Positions 57,404 to 64,000 of a stretch of 64,000 nt of DNA are shown piece by piece; the stretch's first letter is position 1, and every line of letters starts with the position of its first letter. Below the pieces are notes generated by a model that saw nothing but the letters and a program-made list of their open reading frames with translations, did not search any database and was not told the DNA's origin. A program made the position numbers and the translations under genes. The DNA comes from a bacterium (GTDB taxonomy: Bacteria > Cyanobacteriota > Vampirovibrionia > Gastranaerophilales > JBAXKC01): NCBI GenBank assembly GCA_037137535.1, contig JBAXKC010000005.1, forward strand, positions 32,001 to 96,000, in the 5' to 3' direction.

Positions 57404-60279
57404 TGACCTCTAAAACCCTAATTCTTATAGATGGACACGCTTTAGCCTATAGATCATATTTTGCACTCGAGAGAACCGGTATGAAAACTCGTGACGGCAA
57501 ACATACATGGGCTGTTTTCGGATTTTTTAAAGCAATCTTTGATTTGCTGGCAAGAGTTCAACCTGATGCAATTGCAGTAACTTTTGATTGTGGAAGAGAA
57601 ACATTCAGACTGGAAGCTTATTCTGAATATAAAGCGAATAGGCAGTCTATGCCAGATTCTATGAGAGAGCAGCTTCAATATATTCATGAGGGGGTAGAGG
57701 CTTTAGATATTCCTATTTATAAATTACCTGGGTTTGAAGCGGATGATTTAATCGGGACAATAGTTACAAGAGCAAAATCATTAGGTCATAAATCTTTGAT
57801 ATTAACTGGTGATCAGGATTCATTCCAGTTGATTGATAAAGAAGGTCAAATTAAAGTTTTAATCCCATCAAAAGGCGAACTTGTAGAATATGACAGAGAC
57901 AAAGTTCATGAAAAAATGGAAATTTATCCTGAAGATGTTGTCGATTATAAAGCATTAAGAGGTGATACCTCAGATAATATTCCAGGTGTTAAAGGTATAG
58001 GCGAGAAAACAGCTGTTAAGCTCTTAAAAGAATTTGGTACGTTAGACGGTGTTTATGAGCATATTAATGAAATTACGTCTAAGAGCATTAAATCTAAACT
58101 TGAAACTGATAAAGAAATAGCCTATAAAAGTCAATTTCTTGCGACTATTAAACTTGATGTGCCTATGGAATTCGACTTTGAGCATACTCATCTTACAATG
58201 CCGAATATTGATAAACTTTCCGAGTTTTTGACAACTTTTCAGTTAAATGCTTTTTTAAAACAATTACCGACTATTTTAAAGCCTTTTAACAACGGAGTAG
58301 TTCCGGATATTAAATTAACAGCAGAACCTGAAATTAAAACTGATTCTCAGCTTAGTTTGTTTAGTCAAATGCCCCAAGAAAATAATCATGAAAAAGCTAT
58401 AATTGAGCAAGAAATAAGTGATTGTAAACATACTCTCGAAATAATTGACAGTGAGCAAAAACTTGATGATTTAATTAAAATTCTCAACCTTGCAACTGTT
58501 ATTTCGCTTGATACGGAAACAACTGACCTTGATACTTTAAGAGCTGATCTTGTTGGTATTTCTTTTGGAATAAATCCTCAAGTGAATTTTAAAGATGGTA
58601 ATTTATTTGCAGATAAAACAAAAAATGATTGTGTTAATACTTTTTATATTCCTGTTGGACATATTGAAGGTAAGCAGCTAGACAGAATCTTTGTTTTAGA
58701 TAAATTAAAACTCGTTTTTGAAAATGACAATATAAAAAAAGTTTTACAAAATGCGAAATATGAAATAAATATTTTAAAAAATTATAATATTACCTTAAAA
58801 GGCATAATTTTTGACACAATGCTTGCAAGTTATGTGAAAGATCCCGCAGGAAAACATGGCTTAAAGCAGCAGGCTCTTTTGCATCTTAATTATTCAATGA
58901 CAAAGATTGAAGAGTTAATTGGCAAAGGCAAAAATGCATTAACAATGGATAAAGTTTCTATTAATGATTCTGCAAAATATGCCTGTATGGATGCGGCTTC
59001 AACAATTAATCTTGCTGACTATTATTTAACAAAACTCGATAATAAAGATAAAGAAATTTTAAATGATATAGAAATGCCTTTAATTTCTGTACTTGCGGAT
59101 ATGGAAAGAACTGGAGTTTGTGTAGATAAAGAATATCTGGCAGAATTATCAAAAGAACTTGGTTCAAAATTAGAAAAAATAGAAACAGCTATTTTTGAAA
59201 TTGCGGGGGAACGATTTAATGTTAATTCCCCGAAACAGGTTGCCGATATTTTATTTGAAAAACTTCAATTACCTGTTAAAGCAGGGAGTAAGACAAAGAC
59301 AGGTATTAGTACCGATGCAAAAACTCTTGAATATTTAAAAGATATTAATCCTATTGCGGGTTTATTACTCGAACATAGGCATTTATCAAAACTTAAATCA
59401 ACTTATGTTGATTCATTGCCGCTTCTTATAAATCCTAAAACAAAACGTATTCATACGAGTTATAATCAAACAGCAACAACAACAGGACGTCTTTCAAGCA
59501 GTAATCCTAACTTGCAGAATATTCCAATCAGGTCTGAAATTGGTAATAGAATAAGGGCGGCTTTTGTAACAGAAGACCATGAAAATTATGTTATTCTTGC
59601 TGCGGATTATTCACAAATTGAATTAAGGCTTTTAGCTCATGTTTCTCAAGATGAAAACTTAGTATCGGCATTTAGAAATAATATCGATATTCATACAGAT
59701 ACAGCTTCAAAAGTGTTTAACGTATCAACTGAAGAAGTTACAAAAGATATGCGTAGACAGGCAAAAGCTGTAAACTTCGGTATTATATACGGGCAAACAA
59801 GTTATGGGCTTTCCGAATCCCTTGGTATTCCTGCATCAGAAGCTAAGCAAATGATTGAAAAGTATTTTGAAACATATCCTAAAATTAAAGAATATATTGA
59901 AAATACTATTAAAGAAGCTCAACAGAATGGATGTGTTGCCACATTCTATGGAAGAAAGCGTTATTTTGACGAAGATATTCACAGTAGAAATAAAAATATC
60001 AGAGAATTTGCTCAAAGAGCGGCTGTAAATGCACCTTTGCAGGGAACTGCCGCGGATCTGATAAAACTTGCAATGATAAAACTTCATGATGAATTGCAAA
60101 AAAGAAAATTAAAATCTAAACTTATTTTGCAGGTGCATGATGAATTGGTACTTGAAACAGCTAAAGATGAGCTTGATGAAGTTATAAATCTTGTAAAAGA
60201 TTGTATGGAGCTAAATCAACCGTTTTCAGTTCCTCTTGAAATTGATATAACAAGTGCAAAAAACTGGATGGAAGTATAA
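57403..60279 (+). CDS. polA: DNA polymerase I
   Basis: LIDG, EADD, DTET, TGRLSSSNPNLQNIP, DYSQIELR, KAVNFG, QVHDEL. Confidence 0.98.
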   Translation: MTSKTLILIDGHALAYRSYFALERTGMKTRDGKHTWAVFGFFKAIFDLLARVQPDAIAVTFDCGRETFRLEAYSEYKANRQSMPDSMREQLQYIHEGVEALDIPIYKLPGFEADDLIGTIVTRAKSLGHKSLILTGDQDSFQLIDKEGQIKVLIPSKGELVEYDRDKVHEKMEIYPEDVVDYKALRGDTSDNIPGVKGIGEKTAVKLLKEFGTLDGVYEHINEITSKSIKSKLETDKEIAYKSQFLATIKLDVPMEFDFEHTHLTMPNIDKLSEFLTTFQLNAFLKQLPTILKPFNNGVVPDIKLTAEPEIKTDSQLSLFSQMPQENNHEKAIIEQEISDCKHTLEIIDSEQKLDDLIKILNLATVISLDTETTDLDTLRADLVGISFGINPQVNFKDGNLFADKTKNDCVNTFYIPVGHIEGKQLDRIFVLDKLKLVFENDNIKKVLQNAKYEINILKNYNITLKGIIFDTMLASYVKDPAGKHGLKQQALLHLNYSMTKIEELIGKGKNALTMDKVSINDSAKYACMDAASTINLADYYLTKLDNKDKEILNDIEMPLISVLADMERTGVCVDKEYLAELSKELGSKLEKIETAIFEIAGERFNVNSPKQVADILFEKLQLPVKAGSKTKTGISTDAKTLEYLKDINPIAGLLLEHRHLSKLKSTYVDSLPLLINPKTKRIHTSYNQTATTTGRLSSSNPNLQNIPIRSEIGNRIRAAFVTEDHENYVILAADYSQIELRLLAHVSQDENLVSAFRNNIDIHTDTASKVFNVSTEEVTKDMRRQAKAVNFGIIYGQTSYGLSESLGIPASEAKQMIEKYFETYPKIKEYIENTIKEAQQNGCVATFYGRKRYFDEDIHSRNKNIREFAQRAAVNAPLQGTAADLIKLAMIKLHDELQKRKLKSKLILQVHDELVLETAKDELDEVINLVKDCMELNQPFSVPLEIDITSAKNWMEV

Positions 60280-60339
60280 AAAACTTTGAATTTAGCGTTT
60301 AACTGTTAAAATTAATATATAGTTAAACGGAGAAAGATA

Positions 60340-61017
60340 ATGCACATTCCAGACGGTTTTTTAAGTCCAATTACTTGTATAACTTGTTATGCAGCAATAA
60401 TTCCGTTTTGGATTATATTCTCAAAAAAAGTACAAAAGGGTATGAATACTCAATTAATGTCGTATGCAGCTCTGGGTGCTTCATTTTCCTTTTTAATTAT
60501 GATGATAAATATACCGATTCCCGGTGGAACGTGCGGACATGCAACGGGTACAGCTTTATTGAGCCTGCTATTTGGTCCTGAATATGCTTTTATACTTGTT
60601 TCTTTAGCTTTAGCTATACAAGCGTTGATTTTTGGTGATGGCGGAATTACTACCTACGGTGCAAATGTGATTTCAATGGCATTAATCCCATCATATATAG
60701 CTCATTATCTGAATTATATATTAGGCAAATTAAGAAATAATACAACACTTTGTCCGATAAATTCGGCTATAAGTGCTTATTTTGCTATTGTTTCTGGGGC
60801 TTTGTTTACTTCGGTTATACTTGGCGTTCAGCCTTACTTTTTTCATTCTGCAACAGGACTTCCAATGTTTTTCCCGTATGGATTAAATGTTACTATTCCT
60901 GCTATGTTAATTCCCCATATTCTTGTATTTGGTTCTATTGAGGGAGTAATAACCTCTTTAGTTATAAAATATCTGGCAACTTCAAATAATTTATTAAATT
61001 TGCAGGTTGATGAATAA
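60340..61017 (+). CDS. cbiM: Ni/Co ECF transporter substrate component (CbiM/NikM)
   Basis: N-terminal MHIPDG metal-binding motif; GGTCGH, DGGITTYGAN. Confidence 0.9.
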   Translation: MHIPDGFLSPITCITCYAAIIPFWIIFSKKVQKGMNTQLMSYAALGASFSFLIMMINIPIPGGTCGHATGTALLSLLFGPEYAFILVSLALAIQALIFGDGGITTYGANVISMALIPSYIAHYLNYILGKLRNNTTLCPINSAISAYFAIVSGALFTSVILGVQPYFFHSATGLPMFFPYGLNVTIPAMLIPHILVFGSIEGVITSLVIKYLATSNNLLNLQVDE

Positions 61018-61346
61018 TGCAATATAAAAAGTTAAGATTAATAGTATTTTTATTAATTATAATTTCACCTCTCGGTGTTATTTTACCTGAACTTATAAAA
61101 AATAATGGCACTTGGGGCGAATGGGGCAACGATGAACTTTATAGAATGATTGGTTATTTACCTCATGGGATAAATAAACTTAGTTCTTCATGGTCATCAG
61201 TTTTTCCTGACTATTCTTTAACGTCAACTCAACATGGTTTAGTGGGCAAATCAATTGAGTATTATACCTCTGCTGTAATTGGAGCAGTTTGCTGTTTCTC
61301 TTTGAGCTTATTTTTATTAAAACGTATGAATGGAAACGTAAAATAA
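61017..61346 (+). CDS. NikN/PDGLE-like accessory membrane component
   Basis: SPLG, WGEWG, FPDY; two TMs. Confidence 0.75.
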   Translation: MQYKKLRLIVFLLIIISPLGVILPELIKNNGTWGEWGNDELYRMIGYLPHGINKLSSSWSSVFPDYSLTSTQHGLVGKSIEYYTSAVIGAVCCFSLSLFLLKRMNGNVK

Positions 61347-61348
61347 TT

Positions 61349-62050
61349 ATGCAATTTATTGATAAAACATTAGAAGACGTAATGCAAATTTTAAAAAGAG
61401 ATTATTGTTTATCCACTCAGCATAATAATCGTTTTTATAATAAAATTTCACCTGAATTAAAATTATTATTATTTAGTATTATGCTTTTAATCGTAAACTT
61501 CATTGGAAATATTCAATTTGATTTTCTTATTTCATTTTTTTTGATAATGCAGATTTATTTTATTGATTCAAAATTTAGAAGAGTTTCATTTCTGTTAATA
61601 ATTTTTAATCTTATATTTTTAAGTTTGATTTTTCTTCCCGTATTATTAACCTTCAACTTTGACAAAAACTTAGCAATAGGCTTTAGTTTAAAGCATTTTC
61701 ATCTTTTTATAACTAACGTATTAAGAACAGAAACTTCTCTTATCCTTTTAATTTTATTATGGCTTACTACAAGTTGGGATAAAATTATTAAGTCATTAAA
61801 GATATTTAAAGTTCCCGACTTTATAATAGAAATTTTACTTTTAAATTATAGATATATTTTCTATTTCTTGAATTTATTAAATAATATAAACTATTCTCTA
61901 AAAAGCAGGTTGATTAAACGTGTTAATATAAGATTAATGTATAAATTTATTTCGTTTAAAATATTGTTAATACTATATAAGTCGGTTTCAATGGCTAAAC
62001 AGGTAAACATGGTGATGATTTCAAGGAGTTATAATGTCCGAAAGTTCTAA
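61349..62050 (+). CDS. cbiQ: ECF transmembrane component CbiQ/NikQ
   Basis: Multiple TMs, YRYIF, SLKSR, MISR; ATG at 61349. Confidence 0.85.
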   Translation: MQFIDKTLEDVMQILKRDYCLSTQHNNRFYNKISPELKLLLFSIMLLIVNFIGNIQFDFLISFFLIMQIYFIDSKFRRVSFLLIIFNLIFLSLIFLPVLLTFNFDKNLAIGFSLKHFHLFITNVLRTETSLILLILLWLTTSWDKIIKSLKIFKVPDFIIEILLLNYRYIFYFLNLLNNINYSLKSRLIKRVNIRLMYKFISFKILLILYKSVSMAKQVNMVMISRSYNVRKF

Positions 62051-62783
62051 AGTTTTATATAAGTTTGAAAATGTTTCTTTTAATTATTTTAAAGAAAAGC
62101 CTATTTTTAATAATTTGAATTTTGAGATAAATGTATCTGATAAAGTTTCTATTCTCGGGCCAAATGGAGCCGGAAAAAGCACTTTATTGAATTTGTTAAA
62201 TGGATTAGTCTTTCCAACCTCGGGTAAAGTTATTTGCGGTGGAATGGAATTAAACAAGGTAAACCTTGCAAAATGGAATAATAACCACCAATTTAGAAGA
62301 AAATGTGCCTATGTGTTTCAAAATCCCGAAGTTCAGCTTTTATGTCCGACTGTAAGAGAAGAATTAGCTTTTGGACTTGATCAGCTTGGCATTGATAAAG
62401 CTAATATAGTAAATTTTGTAGATTTAACTGCAAAAAAATTCAATATAGAAAAGCTTTTAGATTCACATCCTTATAATTTAAGTATTGGGCAGAAAAAACT
62501 TGTTGGTTTAGCTTCTGTTTTAATTTTAAATACAGGTATTATTTTGTTTGATGAGCCAACAACTTCTTTAGATTTGAAAACTAAAAAATTGATTGTTGAT
62601 GTCCTCGAAAAGTTAAAAAATTCTGATAAAACCATTATTATAAGTACTCATGATTTAGATATTGCAGAGCAAACTTCAAATAAAACCATTCTTTTAAATA
62701 AAAATAATGAAATTTGCGCAATTGATGAAACTCATAAAATTATTAATAATAGAGAATTATTAGAACAAGCCGAATTGATTTAA
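62034..62783 (+). CDS. cbiO: ECF ATPase CbiO/NikO
   Basis: GPNGAGKST, FQNPEVQL, LSIGQKK, FDEPT, STHD. Confidence 0.9.
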   Translation: MSESSKVLYKFENVSFNYFKEKPIFNNLNFEINVSDKVSILGPNGAGKSTLLNLLNGLVFPTSGKVICGGMELNKVNLAKWNNNHQFRRKCAYVFQNPEVQLLCPTVREELAFGLDQLGIDKANIVNFVDLTAKKFNIEKLLDSHPYNLSIGQKKLVGLASVLILNTGIILFDEPTTSLDLKTKKLIVDVLEKLKNSDKTIIISTHDLDIAEQTSNKTILLNKNNEICAIDETHKIINNRELLEQAELI

Positions 62784-62899
62784 TTTAAATTTAATATATT
62801 CTTTATTTGTAATCACTCCAAATTAGAATAACTGTGTGCAATAATTAAATAGAGTTTAAAATAATATAAATAAACTTTAGCAGACAAGGATTTCATAAT

Positions 62900-64000
62900 A
62901 TGTATGAAAATTATAAAAAAGAATATATTACGGTAAGAAAGGCAAATCAGCATAATTTAAAGGATGTAAGCCTATCAATACCAAAAAATCAATTAGTTGT
63001 ATTTACAGGAGTAAGCGGTTCGGGAAAGAGTTCTTTAGCGTTCGATACTATTTTTGCTGAGGGACAACGCCGATATATAGAAAGTTTAAGCTCCTATGCA
63101 AGACAATTCTTAGGGAGAATGGATAAACCTGAAGTCGAAAGTATTGAAGGTTTAAGTCCTGCTATATCTATTGACCAAAAAACTACAAGTAATAATCCAC
63201 GTTCTACAGTTGGAACTGTAACAGAAATATATGACCATTTGCGTTTGTTATTTGCAAGAGTGGGAACACCTCATTGTCCTCAATGTGGCGATATAATTAG
63301 TCCTCAGACTGTTGATCAGATTGTTGACAGTATTTTAAATCTTGAAGAAGGTACTAAAATTCAAATTCTTTCGCCTGTTATTAGAGGCAGAAAGGGAGAA
63401 TATCACTCTTTATTGAATGAAATCAAACAAGAAGGTTTCGTAAGGGTAAGAATTGACGGAAAAGTTTATAATCTTGACGATGATGAAGTCAAATTAGCTA
63501 AAACAAAAAAACACGATATTGAAATTATCATAGATAGAATTATAGTAAAAGAAAGTGCTCGCTCAAGAATTGCCGATAGCGTTCAACTTGCACTTAAAAA
63601 AGCTGAAGGTCTTTTGCTGGTTGATATTATAGGTGAAAGAGAACAAATATATTCTGAAAAACTGGCATGCCATAAATGCCAATTAAGTTTTGATGAGCTT
63701 TCCCCTCGAATGTTCAGTTTTAACAGTCCTTACGGAGCTTGTGATAATTGTAGCGGATTAGGGGCTCATTTAGAAATTTCACCTGACTTAATTGTTCCAG
63801 ACCCTACTAAATCCATAGCTAAGGGTGCTATTTATCCTTGGGCAAAAACAGGAAATTCTTATTATACTGATTTATTGAAATCCGTTGCTGATCATTTTGA
63901 AATTGATTTGAATACTCCCTTTGAAGAATTATCGCAAGAAAAACGAGAAATTATTTTATTCGGAAGCGGTAAAGAGAAAGTTATGCTTACTCATGAGGAT
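62900..64000 (+). CDS. uvrA: Excinuclease ABC subunit A (partial, runs off window end)
   Basis: Manual translation: [23 protein letters not shown]...[30 protein letters not shown]...[14 protein letters not shown]. Confidence 0.97.
   Translation, partial: MYENYKKEYITVRKANQHNLKDVSLSIPKNQLVVFTGVSGSGKSSLAFDTIFAEGQRRYIESLSSYARQFLGRMDKPEVESIEGLSPAISIDQKTTSNNPRSTVGTVTEIYDHLRLLFARVGTPHCPQCGDIISPQTVDQIVDSILNLEEGTKIQILSPVIRGRKGEYHSLLNEIKQEGFVRVRIDGKVYNLDDDEVKLAKTKKHDIEIIIDRIIVKESARSRIADSVQLALKKAEGLLLVDIIGEREQIYSEKLACHKCQLSFDELSPRMFSFNSPYGACDNCSGLGAHLEISPDLIVPDPTKSIAKGAIYPWAKTGNSYYTDLLKSVADHFEIDLNTPFEELSQEKREIILFGSGKEKVMLTHED

Noticed and set aside
62784-62899. LexA/SOS box upstream of uvrA
   Set aside because: No convincing match to cyanobacterial or Firmicute LexA consensus
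1-64000. CRISPR arrays, rRNA/tRNA genes, IS elements, prophage, retron/DGR
   Set aside because: No spaced direct-repeat arrays, tRNA/rRNA signatures, transposase, integrase or reverse transcriptase ORFs seen by eye

Overview
AT-rich bacterial chromosome segment, most consistent with a non-photosynthetic Cyanobacteria relative (Melainabacteria/Vampirovibrionia, Gastranaerophilales-like). This assignment is an inference from cyanobacterial-type gene order (lysA-cdaA, yqgF-DUF3727, asd-dapA), SLH and CtpA proteins and anaerobe-type genes. Much of the window is housekeeping: mqnC, lysA, cdaA, dnaB, ruvX, rsmG, dapB-asd-dapA, ribF, ndk, tgt, cobO, mnmA, polA, a Ni/Co ECF transporter and partial uvrA, plus a type I secretion system (HlyB/HlyD/TolC) with no adjacent cargo. 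No rRNA, tRNA, CRISPR array, transposase or prophage was seen. Most interesting: (1) a three-gene operon at 12098-18118 in which two large uncharacterised membrane proteins are paralogues of each other and are coupled to a signal-peptide-less GH13 amylase, all with low-complexity N-termini, possibly an export/effector module; (2) a structured minus-strand ncRNA candidate at about 18145-18354 with strand-specific G-U pairing; (3) a shared N-terminal Asn/Ser-rich '[AT]-F-x-[GAN]' leader in several orphan proteins; (4) a 41-aa ORF missed by the ORF track that duplicates the N-terminal domain of the next gene; (5) an O2/H2-sensing neighbourhood (hemerythrins, one a pseudogene, and an [FeFe]-hydrogenase-like chemoreceptor); (6) an SLH protein with TG(A/G)AA repeats and a VirB10/TrbI-like C-terminus.
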